A stretch of 64,000 nt of DNA from Alphaproteobacteria bacterium (lineage in GTDB: Bacteria; Pseudomonadota; Alphaproteobacteria; UBA828). The stretch is from assembly GCA_965220745.1 (NCBI GenBank), contig CBDCQT010000010.1, positions 32,001 through 96,000 of the forward strand, written 5' to 3'. Position numbers and translations under genes: made by a program. Within the stretch, counting starts at the first letter, position 1, and every line of letters starts with the position of its first letter. Below, piece after piece: positions 1 to 11,158 of this stretch. The notes beneath the pieces were generated by a model. It searched no databases and had not been told where the DNA came from. It was given only the letters and a program-made list of their open reading frames with translations.

Positions 1-637
1 TCATCGCCGCCGTGGTGAAGCGCTCGAACTCGCGGAACTGCGGCGCGACCCGGGCCGAGGTGGTGACAAAGGCCTCGGGCCATTCCTCCAGCACGATGGC
101 CCGCGCGCGCTCCTCATGCGTGGGATCGATGTAGGCAAAGAGGAAGCAGATGGCGACCGCCTCCACGCCCTTGTCGCGGAGCGTGCGGGCGGCCTGGCGC
201 ACGCCCTCTTCGTCCAGCGGCTCCAGCACGTCGCCCTGCGGCGGCACCCGCCGCTCCTTCACGGTGAGACGGTGGCGGCGACGCACCAGCGGACGCGCCT
301 GCCACGGGATGTCCTGCATGATCGAGTAGTTCTGCGGCCGCTGGTGGCGGCCGATGTGGATGATGTCGCGGTAGCCGGCCGAGGTGATCATGCCGGTCTC
401 GGCGCCGTCGTACTGGAGCACCGCGTTGGTCGAGATCGTGGTGCCGTGGAAGACGTGGGCGATGGCGTCGGGCGCCGTGCCGCTCCGCTCGCAGAGCGCA
501 GCGATGCCCGCCGCGGCGCCCTCCGAGGGGTCGTCCGGCGTGGTGGGCACCTTGTGGATCGCGCTCTCGCGCGTCTCGCTGTCGGTAATGATGAGGTCGG
601 TGAAGGTGCCGCCGACATCGACGCCGATCAGCTTCAT
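1..637 (-). CDS. Hydantoinase/oxoprolinase A subunit (N-methylhydantoinase A-like), 3' part runs off window
   Basis: Manual translation from ATG at 637: [14 protein letters not shown]...[10 protein letters not shown]...[11 protein letters not shown], typical Hydant_A_N/Hydantoinase_A motifs. Confidence 0.9.
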   Translation of the reverse strand, partial: MKLIGVDVGGTFTDLIITDSETRESAIHKVPTTPDDPSEGAAAGIAALCERSGTAPDAIAHVFHGTTISTNAVLQYDGAETGMITSAGYRDIIHIGRHQRPQNYSIMQDIPWQARPLVRRRHRLTVKERRVPPQGDVLEPLDEEGVRQAARTLRDKGVEAVAICFLFAYIDPTHEERARAIVLEEWPEAFVTTSARVAPQFREFERFTTAAM

Positions 638-821
638 GGGCCGTCCGCTCGCTGTTGCGGCCCGACGGCCGCAGGTGGTCGTTGCGCATTTGCCGCCGAG
701 CGCTCTCGGCGGCGGGGCAGTGTCTTATCCGCGCCCAAGCGGGTCAAGCGAGCCAACCCGACGGCCCATGCAAGGCGAGCGCACCCCGCCTATACTGCGC
801 GCCGTCACCACGGGGGCGAGG

Positions 822-2198
822 ATGGCGACGGAACAGGCGCCGCGCTGGAAACGGCGGGCCTACAACATCGCGACGCTTCGGGAGGAGTCCCGGCGCGTGT
901 TGCCGCGCCCGGTCTTCGACTTCGTCGACGGCGGCGCGGGCGACGAGCACACGCTGCGCCGGAACGTCTCCGCCTTCGATGATGTCGACCTCTATCCCCG
1001 CCCGATCGGGGGCACACGCGATCGCGATCTCTCGACCACACTGCTCGGCCGACGGCTTTCCATGCCGCTCATCGTCCCGCCCACGGGGCTTGCCGGGCTG
1101 CTCTGGCCGGACGGCGAGGCCGCCTCGGCACGCGCAGCGACCAAGGCCGGCTCCATCTACTGCCTCAGCCACGGTTCGGTCTGCAGTCTGGAAGAGCTGG
1201 CCGAGACCGGGATCGAGCCCCTCTGGTTCCAGACCTACATTTACAGGGACCGCGGCCTCACCCACGAGATGGCGGCGCGCGCACAGGCCGCGGGATACGA
1301 GGCGCTGATCGTGACCGTCGATACCCAGCTCCTCGGCAACCGCGAGCGCGACATCCGCAACGGCTTCATCATCCCGCCCACCATGTCCGCTCGCGAGATC
1401 GCCAACATGGCGACCAAGCTGCGCTGGCTGTTCCGGATGCGCGGCACGATCCCGAAGATCACCTTCGGCAACTACCGCAGGCCGGACGGCGGCGAGGACC
1501 TCACCGCGCTTGCCCAGCGCATGGTGGGGCTGCCGGACCCCGGCATTCAGTGGCGCGACATCGCCGACCTGCGCGCCGTCTGGAAGGGGTCGCTGCTGCT
1601 CAAGGGCATCTTGCACCCGGCCGACGCCGTCGAGGCGGTGGCCAACGGCGTGGACGGGATGTTCGTCTCCAACCACGGGGGCCGCCAGCTCGACGGCGTG
1701 GCCGGCGCCGTGGACGCGCTGCCGGCGGTGGCGGAGGCGGTGGCCGGCCGCGCCGCGTTGATACTCGACGGCGGCATCAGGCGAGGCGCCCACATCGTCA
1801 AGGCGCTGGCACTGGGCGCGAACTGCTGCTCCATCGGCAGGCCGCAGTTCTGGGGCCTCTCGGCCGCCGGCGAGGCCGGTGTGGCGCACGTGTTCGACAT
1901 CTTCCGCCGCGAGCTTGACCTCACCATGGGGCTCTGCGGGCTCCCCAACATCGCCTCGATCGGGCCGGACGTGCTGGCACGCGGGACGGCGACCGAGACG
2001 GCCCGGCTCACCGCCGCGACCGAGGCGGTCGCAGCGGCGGCCGTGGCGGTGGCGGAGTCGGGGACTGCCGCCAACAACGGTGACGGCGCCGGCGACGCGG
2101 AGGTATCCGAGCCCGTTCCCGAGACCGGCGGCCCGGCGGGGCCGGAGCCCACGCGCTACGGCGACTGGGAGCGGAAGGGCCGCGCCATCGATTTTTAA
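822..2198 (+). CDS. FMN-dependent alpha-hydroxy acid oxidase/dehydrogenase with C-terminal DUF1674 (SDHAF4-like) extension
   Basis: FDFVDGGAGDE, LLKGI, VSNHGGRQLD and DGGIRRG motifs; C-terminus GPEPTRYGDWERKGRAIDF; start chosen at MATEQ. Confidence 0.88.
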   Translation: MATEQAPRWKRRAYNIATLREESRRVLPRPVFDFVDGGAGDEHTLRRNVSAFDDVDLYPRPIGGTRDRDLSTTLLGRRLSMPLIVPPTGLAGLLWPDGEAASARAATKAGSIYCLSHGSVCSLEELAETGIEPLWFQTYIYRDRGLTHEMAARAQAAGYEALIVTVDTQLLGNRERDIRNGFIIPPTMSAREIANMATKLRWLFRMRGTIPKITFGNYRRPDGGEDLTALAQRMVGLPDPGIQWRDIADLRAVWKGSLLLKGILHPADAVEAVANGVDGMFVSNHGGRQLDGVAGAVDALPAVAEAVAGRAALILDGGIRRGAHIVKALALGANCCSIGRPQFWGLSAAGEAGVAHVFDIFRRELDLTMGLCGLPNIASIGPDVLARGTATETARLTAATEAVAAAAVAVAESGTAANNGDGAGDAEVSEPVPETGGPAGPEPTRYGDWERKGRAIDF

Positions 2199-2208
2199 CC
2201 GGGAGGCA

Positions 2209-2847
2209 CTATCCCCCGTGCCGGGCGGACCAGGCTTCGGGGTCGGCGAGGAAAGCCCGGACCTCGCCAAGCCCCCGTTCATCGATACGCCCGCTGGCCA
2301 GCGCCACCGCGAGCAGCGTGTCGAGATCGCAAATGGCGGTGAGCGCGAGGCCCGCCTCTTCCAGCGCCTGCCGCGCCGTCGCGCCGGCACGCGAAAACAG
2401 CACGCTCACTCGCTCCACCTCCGCGCCCGCGTCGCGCAGCGCGTGCGTGAAGGCGAGGATGCTGCCGGCGGTCGAGATCAGGTCCTCGATCAGGTGGACG
2501 CGCGCGCCGGCGACGCGGCCGCCCTCGATCCGGCCTGCGGTGCCGTGCGCCTTGGCCTCGGCCCGGACATAGACCATGGGCAGCGCCAGCCGGTCGGCGA
2601 CCAGTGTGGCGAACGGGACGCCGGCAGTGACGCCGCCTGCGATGACCGTTGCGCCGGGCTTCGGCACCGTAGCCGCCAGCGCCGCCGCCGCCTGCGCGCG
2701 AGCCTCGGGCCGCGAGAGGATCAGTCGGCAGTTCACGTAGAAGGGTGCTAAGAGCCCCGAGGTGAGGCGGAACGGCTCAGCCGGCCGCACCAGGAAGGCG
2801 CCGGTATCGAGCAGGACCGCCGCAATCTCTTCCGCCGCCCGGCTCAT
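2209..2847 (-). CDS. pyrE: Orotate phosphoribosyltransferase
   Basis: FRLTSG..APFYVNCR, YVRAEAKAHG and PRPP motif LIEDLISTAGS; sits in pyr cluster. Confidence 0.92.
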   Translation of the reverse strand: MSRAAEEIAAVLLDTGAFLVRPAEPFRLTSGLLAPFYVNCRLILSRPEARAQAAAALAATVPKPGATVIAGGVTAGVPFATLVADRLALPMVYVRAEAKAHGTAGRIEGGRVAGARVHLIEDLISTAGSILAFTHALRDAGAEVERVSVLFSRAGATARQALEEAGLALTAICDLDTLLAVALASGRIDERGLGEVRAFLADPEAWSARHGG

Positions 2848-2921
2848 CCCCGCCCCCTGCCCCGCCGCTCTCCGGTCGTCGCACGCATGGCGCGAGGGTA
2901 AACTATCCCTGCCCGAACGGG

Positions 2922-3680
2922 ATGCTCATGCCGAACGTTTCTCTCTACTGCGCCCTCGATGCGCGCGACCGGGCCACGGTCGAGCGGCTCGCACATCTGC
3001 TCGCGCCGGCGGTCGGCGGCCTCAAGCTCGGGCTGGAGTATTTCTGTGCGCACGGGCCGGAAGGCGTGTACGCGGTGCGCGCCGCTGGCCGGCCGCTCTT
3101 CCTCGACCTCAAGCTGCACGACATCCCGAACACGGTCGCGGGCGCCGTGCGCAGTGTGGTCGCGCTGGAGCCGCACTATCTCACCATCCACGCGGCAGGC
3201 GGTGTGGCCATGATGCGGGCGACGCGCGAGGCTGCGGCGGAGGAAGCCGCGCGCCAAGGCACTACCCCGCCCAACTTGCTCGGCGTGACCGTGCTGACCA
3301 GTCTCGACGCCGAGACGTTGGCGCGCCAGGGCATCGCCGACTCCACGCACGATCAGGTGCTGCGACTCGCGGCGCTGGCCCACGAGGCGGGGCTGGCGGG
3401 CGTGATCGCGAGCCCGCACGAAATCGCGGCGTTGCGTGCCGCGCACGGCCCGGACTTCGATATCGTCGTCCCCGGCATTCGCCCGGCGAGCGGTGCCGGC
3501 AGTGGCAAGGGCGATCAAGCGCGGGTCGCGACGCCAGCGGATGCGGCGCGTGCCGGGGCAACGGCGCTTGTCGTGGGCCGCCCGATCACGCAGGCGCCCG
3601 ATCCGCTCGCCGCAGCCCGCGCGATCGCAGGGGAGATCGCCGCGTCGCGCGTCCCCGCGCGCGAAATCGAAGAGTCCTGA
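2922..3680 (+). CDS. pyrF: Orotidine-5'-phosphate decarboxylase
   Basis: DLKLHDIPNTV catalytic motif, VTVLTS, PGIRP, VVGRPIT. Confidence 0.95.
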   Translation: MLMPNVSLYCALDARDRATVERLAHLLAPAVGGLKLGLEYFCAHGPEGVYAVRAAGRPLFLDLKLHDIPNTVAGAVRSVVALEPHYLTIHAAGGVAMMRATREAAAEEAARQGTTPPNLLGVTVLTSLDAETLARQGIADSTHDQVLRLAALAHEAGLAGVIASPHEIAALRAAHGPDFDIVVPGIRPASGAGSGKGDQARVATPADAARAGATALVVGRPITQAPDPLAAARAIAGEIAASRVPAREIEES

Positions 3681-4756
3681 CCGCGCGCGGTGGGGCCGCG
3701 GTGGTCGGTACCGATGGCATCGCTGAGCGAGGCGAAGCCGTCGGCCGCGAGCAGCCGCGCGAGTCCCTGCGTGATCTCGCCGACGAGACGCGGGCCCCGA
3801 TAGACCAGTGCGGTGTAGAGCTGGACCAGGCTCGCGCCCGCGCGGATGCGGGCGTAGGCGGCCTCCGCCGAATCGATCCCGCCCACCCCGATCAGCGGCA
3901 GGCGTCCGCCACTCAGGGCGTAGGCTAGGCGCAGCACTTCGAGAGCGCGCGGCGCCAGTGGCGGGCCGCTGAGCCCGCCCTCCTCCTCTCGCCGGCGTGA
4001 GACCAGGCCAAGCGGCCGGTTGGTCGTCGTATTGGTCAGGATCAGGCCGGCAATGGGTGCATCCTCGATGGCCTCGAGCAGTGCCGCCAGGGCCTCGTCG
4101 TCGATCTCCGGCGCGAGCTTGAGCAGGATGGGGGGGGCGCGGTCGAGGCGAGCGTGGGCGTCCGCGAGCGCGGCCAGAAGGCGGTGGAGCGCGTCGCCTG
4201 CCTGCCACGCCCGCAGCCCCGGCGTGTTGGGCGAGGAGACATTCACCGCCACGTAGTCTGCGAGCGCGGCGACGCGGGCGAGGCCAGCGGCGTAGTCTCG
4301 CGCGGGGTCGGCGCTCCCCTTGTTCACGCCGATGTTGATGCCGAGCGGGCGGTGGGACACGCCATGCGCGCGACGCCGCCGTTCCAGCTGTGCGGCGACG
4401 ACCTCCAGGCCGGCGCTGTTGAAGCCATAGCGGTTGATCAGCGCGCGCTCCTGCCGCAGGCGAAAGAGCCGGGGCTTGGGGTTGCCCGGCTGCGGCCGGG
4501 GCGTCACCGTGCCTGCCTCGCCGAAGCCAAGGCCGAGCCGCGCCGCCGCGTCGGGGCAGCGGACATCCTTGTCGAAGCCGGCGGCGAGGCCCACGGGCGT
4601 CGGGAAGCGCAGCCCCCAGAGCGTCACCGCAAGCGCAGGGTCGGGCGGCGGAGGCGCCGGTGGCCGCCCCAGTCTGAGCAGCGCGATCGCCGCGCCGTGC
4701 GCCGTCTCCGGCGGCAGGCAGCGGAGGCCGGCGGTGGCGATGTCGGCGTAGGACAT
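3515..4756 (-). CDS. pyrD: Quinone-dependent dihydroorotate dehydrogenase (class 2)
   Basis: Starts MSYADIATAG at 4756; GLAAGFDK, NVSSPNTPGLR, LKLAPE, GGLSG, GVGGI; first in-frame stop at 3515 overlaps the pyrF 3' end. Confidence 0.92.
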   Translation of the reverse strand: MSYADIATAGLRCLPPETAHGAAIALLRLGRPPAPPPPDPALAVTLWGLRFPTPVGLAAGFDKDVRCPDAAARLGLGFGEAGTVTPRPQPGNPKPRLFRLRQERALINRYGFNSAGLEVVAAQLERRRRAHGVSHRPLGINIGVNKGSADPARDYAAGLARVAALADYVAVNVSSPNTPGLRAWQAGDALHRLLAALADAHARLDRAPPILLKLAPEIDDEALAALLEAIEDAPIAGLILTNTTTNRPLGLVSRRREEEGGLSGPPLAPRALEVLRLAYALSGGRLPLIGVGGIDSAEAAYARIRAGASLVQLYTALVYRGPRLVGEITQGLARLLAADGFASLSDAIGTDHRGPTARGQDSSISRAGTRDAAISPAIARAAASGSGACVIGRPTTSAVAPARAASAGVATRA

Positions 4757-4773
4757 GGCGGGCCGGGCCGCTG

Positions 4774-6075
<1,302 letters not shown>

Positions 6076-6090
6076 GTACCGATCTCCTGT

Positions 6091-7053
6091 TCAGAACACC
6101 GGCGCCGGGCCCAGGTTGCGGCTCAGCGCGTCGAGGCAGCCCTGGCGCACGGCGACGCCGAGCTCGACCTGGTCGAGGATGGCGCTCCGCGTGATGTCGT
6201 CGGCGACTTCGCTGTCGATCTCGACGCCTCGGTTCATGGGCCCCGGATGGAGGATCAGCGCGTTCTCCCGCGCTTGTGCGAGCTTGGCCCGGTCGAGGCC
6301 GTAGAAGCGGAAATACTCGCGGACCGACGGCACGAAGGTGCCCTGCATGCGCTCCTGCTGCAGGCGCAGCATCATGATGACATCGCAGCCCGCGAGCCCT
6401 GCCCGCATGTCGTGGAAGACCTCCACGCCCATGCGCTCGATCGCCGCCGGCACCAGCGTGGGCGGCGCGATGATGCGCACGCCGGCGCCCATGGTGTTGA
6501 GCAGCAGGATGTTGGAGCGGGCGACCCGGCTGTGCAGCACGTCGCCGCAGATGGCGACCCGGAGCCCCTCGATCCGGCCGAAGCGGTGGCGGATGGTGAG
6601 CGCATCCAGCAGCGCCTGGGTGGGATGCTCGTGGCTGCCGTCGCCGGCGTTGATCACCGCGCACTCGACGTGATTGGCGAGCAGGCGGGCGGCGCCGGCA
6701 TCCGGGTGGCGGACAATCAGCATGTCCGGGTGCATGGCGTTCAGCGTCATCGCCGTGTCGATCAGCGTCTCGCCCTTCTTGATCGCCGAGCTCGCCACAG
6801 CGATGTTGATGACGTCGGCGCCGAGCCGCTTGCCCGCAAGCTCGAACGAGGTGCGGGTGCGGGTCGAGGTCTCGAAGAAGAGTAGCACCACGGTGCGCCC
6901 GCCGAGCAGGCTCTTGCGCTTCTGCACCTCGCGGTTGAGCGCGACGTAGCCCTCGGAGAGATCGAGCAGGTGGGTGATTGCGCCTGCGGAAAGCCCCTCG
7001 ATCCCCAGCAGATGCCGGTCGCTGAAGATCGAAGGCAAGAGCGCAGGCTGCAT
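6091..7053 (-). CDS. pyrB: Aspartate carbamoyltransferase catalytic subunit
   Basis: [29 protein letters not shown]. Confidence 0.96.
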   Translation of the reverse strand: MQPALLPSIFSDRHLLGIEGLSAGAITHLLDLSEGYVALNREVQKRKSLLGGRTVVLLFFETSTRTRTSFELAGKRLGADVINIAVASSAIKKGETLIDTAMTLNAMHPDMLIVRHPDAGAARLLANHVECAVINAGDGSHEHPTQALLDALTIRHRFGRIEGLRVAICGDVLHSRVARSNILLLNTMGAGVRIIAPPTLVPAAIERMGVEVFHDMRAGLAGCDVIMMLRLQQERMQGTFVPSVREYFRFYGLDRAKLAQARENALILHPGPMNRGVEIDSEVADDITRSAILDQVELGVAVRQGCLDALSRNLGPAPVF

Positions 7054-7206
7054 CGCTATACCTTGTAGGCTGACGCCAGCCGATATGCAAGGGCTAGCGG
7101 TCTCGGGGTGCGTCGGCAGGCCGCCGGTGCGCTACGGCAGCCGTCCACCGCGCTCGTTAAGGGCGAACGAGCGGGACGAAAACTGTCGTGAAAAAGGTTT
7201 TAAGGC

Positions 7207-7300
7207 GGCCTATTCCGGCCTATTCCGGCCCAAGGTGGCTCAAGGTGGTCCAAGGTGGCCCAGGAGACGGACCGGAAAGCGGCCCATGGTGGCCCAAGCA
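7207..7300. repeat. Short 10-bp-period tandem array upstream of pyrB
   Basis: ggcctattcc x2, then ggcccaaggt/ggctcaaggt/ggtccaaggt/ggcccaggag, and ggcccatggt/ggcccaagca at 7281-7300. Confidence 0.6.
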
Positions 7301-7504
7301 GCGCCCGCCCTCAAAACGGCAAGAGGGCCGCAGAGACCCGCTCATCCCGTTCGCCGCTGCCGGCTGATTCTTGCGCTCGCACATCATGCCGCGATCCTGG
7401 CACGGCTCGCGCGCAACGGGCACCGCACCATGGTCCGGGGTGTTTTCCCGGCAACGGGCGAGAAGTTGCCCATAGGGTGGACTGGACTGCGAAGCAGGCC
7501 GGAG

Positions 7505-7620
7505 CGCGCGACCGCGCGCCGCGCCGTTAGGCGCGTAAGCCAAGCGAACGGAGTTCGCGCCCGGCGCCTGAGGGAAATGAAAGAGTCAGCGCCCGGCGTC
7601 TGAGGGAAATGACTAAGTCA
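7505..7620. repeat. Interspersed GC-rich repeat, copy 1 (terminal unit duplicated in tandem)
   Basis: Shares gcgcgta(a)gccaagcga.cggag...gcgcccggcgcctgagggaaatgaa.gagtca with 30412-30490. Confidence 0.75.
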
Positions 7621-7688
7621 GCCCGGACGGCGCTCATGCGCCGCTCTATTTTCTCGTCATGCCCGGACTTGATCCATTGCTGTCCGGT

Positions 7689-8831
7689 TTAGATTTTGGC
7701 GAAGGGGATTTGGAGTTGGTCATGGGTTTGTGGCTCATCGGGCGGCGGTTCGAAGAGGTCGGTGAGCGCCCGGCGCTGGAAGGTCGTCTTGGCGACGAGG
7801 CGGGCGATGGCCTGGAGGCCGAGCCGGGTTCCGGTTCCGATCTGCGCCAGCCGCAGCAGCAGGTAGGCGATCAGCGCGGTGACGATCTGGATGCGCACGG
7901 CATTCTCGCTGGTGCCGAGGAAGTGCCGGATCTTCAGGTTCTGCTTGATCCACTTGAAGAACAGCTCGACCTGCCAGCGCCGCTTGTAGAGCGCCGCGAT
8001 CTCTTCGGCTGGGGCATTGAGGTCGTTGCTGACCAGCATGATCTCCCTGCCGCTGTCGATGCGCACGGTGACCAGACGCACCGGCTTGTCGAAGGGGTTC
8101 TGGCGGCTCGCCGCCAGGCGCTTCGACAGCAAGGCGACGCGGTCGGCCACGACCGGGCCGTCCGGCTTGACCGGGCGGGTCTCGATCAGGCTTGTGGGCG
8201 AGTTCTTCTTCAGCCGGGTGACGAAGCGGCTCCCCTTGGCGTCGATGTCTGCCCAGAAGGCGAAGTCGTAATAGCCCTTGTCGAAGACGTAAGTCGCGCC
8301 GGGCTCGATGGGGAGGCGCTTGGCCGGCGTGATGTCGTTGACCCTGGCCGAGGTCACGGCAAAGCAAACGGGCGCATCTGCGTCCGGGTCGTAGACCACG
8401 TGCAGCTTGACGGCACCGTCGACCTCCCAGCTCTCGATCCGCTTGCCAACCAGGACCCGGGTCGCATCGACGAGGCGCAGCATCTCCCGCCCGCGCTGGC
8501 CCGCAGATGCGCCCAGCCGGGCGACCAGGGCCTCGAGTACGTCCTCGAACAGGGCCGCCGGACGTACCCGGTTGGCATCCGCGAGCGTAGACCGCCGCAC
8601 CGGCGCCAGACCCAGATGGGCATGGACGCCCGGAAAGCGTTCCAGCGCACCGACCGCCTCGCGCAACGAGCGCGAGCCCGACAGCTGGGCGAACACCATC
8701 GCCTGGAACTGGCTCCACGACGAAAGGCGCCGGACCCGGTAGTCCGCTCCGTGGCGCTCTGCCAGCTTGTCGAAGCGCCAGCGCGGAAACGCCTTCATCA
8801 GTCCGCCGAAAATCGTATCCTGGTAGGGCAT
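7689..8831 (-). CDS. IS4-family DDE transposase (DUF4372-like N-terminus)
   Basis: QFQAMVFAQLSGSRSLRE, VDAT, FDKGY, YKRRWQVELFFKWIKQNL (YREK motif). Confidence 0.93.
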   Translation of the reverse strand: MPYQDTIFGGLMKAFPRWRFDKLAERHGADYRVRRLSSWSQFQAMVFAQLSGSRSLREAVGALERFPGVHAHLGLAPVRRSTLADANRVRPAALFEDVLEALVARLGASAGQRGREMLRLVDATRVLVGKRIESWEVDGAVKLHVVYDPDADAPVCFAVTSARVNDITPAKRLPIEPGATYVFDKGYYDFAFWADIDAKGSRFVTRLKKNSPTSLIETRPVKPDGPVVADRVALLSKRLAASRQNPFDKPVRLVTVRIDSGREIMLVSNDLNAPAEEIAALYKRRWQVELFFKWIKQNLKIRHFLGTSENAVRIQIVTALIAYLLLRLAQIGTGTRLGLQAIARLVAKTTFQRRALTDLFEPPPDEPQTHDQLQIPFAKI

Positions 8832-8919
8832 GGCTTGGGCTCCATTGCGAGCTTCGATTCAACAGGTCTTGCAAAAACCAAGTTGAATCCAAGCCATGCA
8901 CCTTGTCTACCCAAGCTAA

Positions 8920-10535
8920 CCCGACTTATTCATGGAGAACCTTGCGGTTGAGGCTCGGTTATCGGGTCGCGTCGGGACCTGACGCGGTTTGGCGCCGGGA
9001 TCTGAGGATGATGGTCGTTATTGGGTTGAGGGTTGAACGAGCCTGGGTGATTGGGGCACGCCGCCCCGTCGCTCAGGGGCCTGCTGCGGCGAGACGGCCT
9101 GCGAGCAGGCGGAAGAGAGCGGCGTCCGGGCAGGCCGAGGCGAAGTGGATGCGGACGCGGGTGGCCTTCTCGATGACGCGGGCGCCGATCTTGAGGAGGC
9201 GCAGCCTCAGGGTTGCGAACTCTGCACGGGCGAGCGGCGCCGTGCGGGGAATGGCATCGCGGAGCGCGAGCATCAGCCAGTAGGCTGCAGTGTGCAGGAC
9301 CAGCCTGAGCTGGTTGGCGCGCGGGCTCTGGCAGGAGGTTCGGTCCGAGGCGAGCTGGCCCTTGTGCATCTTGATCAGGTTCTCGGCCTGGCCTCGGGCG
9401 CAGTAGATGTCTTCGTAGAGATGGCGGGGCTCGCCCTTGAGCGAGGTGACGATATAGCGCGCGTCGAAGCCGCGCGTCGTCGCCTCCAGCCGAGCCACGA
9501 CCCGGCGTTCGCGGCCCCAGGAGCCGGCGGCGTAGTCGAAGGCGGCGACGCTGCGCATCCTGTCCGCGCCGGCCTTGGCGCGGCGCACCCGGACGTCGTC
9601 GGCCACGTCGTATGCAAGCGCGTGCAGCGCCCGATTGCCGGCGAGGCCGAAGATGTAGTCGACGCCGTTCTGCTCGCACCAGGCCATGGCTTGCGGGCGG
9701 CCGTAGTGCGCATCTCCCCGGAAGACGATCCGGGTGTGCGGCCAGTGGCGGCGGATGCGGCGGACCAGGTGCTTGATGAGAGTGCGGACCTCGGGCCCCG
9801 ACGGCGTCTTGCCCGGGCGCAGGAGGACCGCCACCGGCTTGCCGCTTTCCACATGGTAGACGTGGACGGGCAGGAAGCAGCGGGTGTCGTAATGAGCGTT
9901 GAACAGCGACAGCTGCTGGTGCCCGTGCACGGCATCGCAGGTGTCGTCGATATCGAGCGTGATGGCGGCAGGTGGGGCTGAGAAGGAGCGGCAGAAGAGA
10001 TCGACCAGGGCGGCCGTCATGCGCGCCACCTCGATGCGAGACGGCGCGTTCTCCAGGCGGCTCATGGTGGGCTGGGAACAGAGGTCGCCCCCGCTCTCCG
10101 GCGCCCGGCCTGAGGCCAGCTTGAACAGCGGGTCCGCGCGCAGCGCGTCGCAGTCGTCGGCATCCTCGTAACCGCAGGCGATGGCCAGCATGCGAAAGCG
10201 CAGCATGGCCGAGAGCGAGTGGACCACCTGCGCCTGATTGCGCCGGTCGCGGATACAGCCCGCCAGGGTCTCGGCGAGACGCAAGCGGCGTTCCGCCTCG
10301 CGCAACAGGACCAGGCCGCCGTCAGACGAGATCAGGCCGCCGTCGAAGGCGGCGCTCACCCTCTTGCGTTGGACGCTTGGCAGATCGAAGGGGAGAAGGC
10401 TATCGTCGGTCATGGCGGGCGTGGCTTTTTCGTTGTTCGGAGAGGAAGACGCCTCGACAACGAATTCCTACCCGATGGCAACGGCTTACGCTACGTCCGC
10501 CACCCCAAAATCAGACCCGCCACGAATAATCCGGG
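8920..10535 (-). mobile_element. IS1380-family insertion sequence nested in the IS4 element
   Basis: Imperfect IRs cccgacttattcatgg / ccacgaataatccggg; 4-bp duplication CTAA at 8916-8919 and 10536-10539. Confidence 0.88.
9073..10413 (-). CDS. IS1380-family transposase
   Basis: FDGGLISSDGG, SQPTMSRLEN, LDIDDT..HGHQQ, RGDAHY, YCARGQAENLIK. Confidence 0.93.
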   Translation of the reverse strand: MTDDSLLPFDLPSVQRKRVSAAFDGGLISSDGGLVLLREAERRLRLAETLAGCIRDRRNQAQVVHSLSAMLRFRMLAIACGYEDADDCDALRADPLFKLASGRAPESGGDLCSQPTMSRLENAPSRIEVARMTAALVDLFCRSFSAPPAAITLDIDDTCDAVHGHQQLSLFNAHYDTRCFLPVHVYHVESGKPVAVLLRPGKTPSGPEVRTLIKHLVRRIRRHWPHTRIVFRGDAHYGRPQAMAWCEQNGVDYIFGLAGNRALHALAYDVADDVRVRRAKAGADRMRSVAAFDYAAGSWGRERRVVARLEATTRGFDARYIVTSLKGEPRHLYEDIYCARGQAENLIKMHKGQLASDRTSCQSPRANQLRLVLHTAAYWLMLALRDAIPRTAPLARAEFATLRLRLLKIGARVIEKATRVRIHFASACPDAALFRLLAGRLAAAGP

Positions 10536-11158
10536 CTAAACCGGACAGCAATGGACTTGATCCGGGCATCTCTCTCTACAATACGCTGTAAAGAAACGAA
10601 AAACGTGGATGGCCGGGTCAAGCCCGGCCATGACGGGTGTGGGGGCGCTGCGCGCTTGAGTGGCAACGTCTCGAACGAGACTCGCGCCCGCACCGCGCCC
10701 TTTTTGGTCATGCCCGGACATGACCGGCCCCCGGATCAAGTCCGGGGGTGTGGCAAGCCATGGGCAGGAGCGCCTGTCGATACGCTCCTCTACAGCGCTA
10801 CTCGATCCTCCTGATAATCAGTTTGATACAATGGGTTGGGCGCCGCGTCAAGAGCGCGTCTACCGAGCCTGGATGCTATAAGCTGCAAGCCAGCTTGGTT
10901 TTATCGCGGCATCTGGGGTTCTTTTCGGGCGTGTCTTGGCACGTAGCGCGAAGTTACTACCGCTTCGCCGATGGCACGTGAAAGCTTCGTTATAGGCACT
11001 ACAACATATGTACAATATACGCCTGTGTGCTACGCGGCGCATAGGAGTTCCGTAGGTAGCTTATGGATTCTGATGGAGCGCGTTGCGCGCGCAGCGCTTC
11101 GAATTTGTATCGGTGCCGAAGGATCGCAGAGCGGCAGGAACCACGGGAGGCGGTGGGC

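Larger units (their letters stand above)
7675..10553 (-). mobile_element. IS4-family insertion sequence (carries nested IS1380)
   Basis: Perfect 18-bp terminal IRs cattgctgtccggtttag (7675-7692) and ctaaaccggacagcaatg (10536-10553); 9-bp target duplication gacttgatc at 7666-7674 and 10554-10562. Confidence 0.92.
7655..10635. repeat. CGTC-type REP doublet split by IS insertion
   Basis: cgtcatgcccggacttgatc|IS|gacttgatccgggcatc reconstitutes a REP; inverted partner gatggccgggtcaagcccggccatgacg at 10608-10635. Confidence 0.8.
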
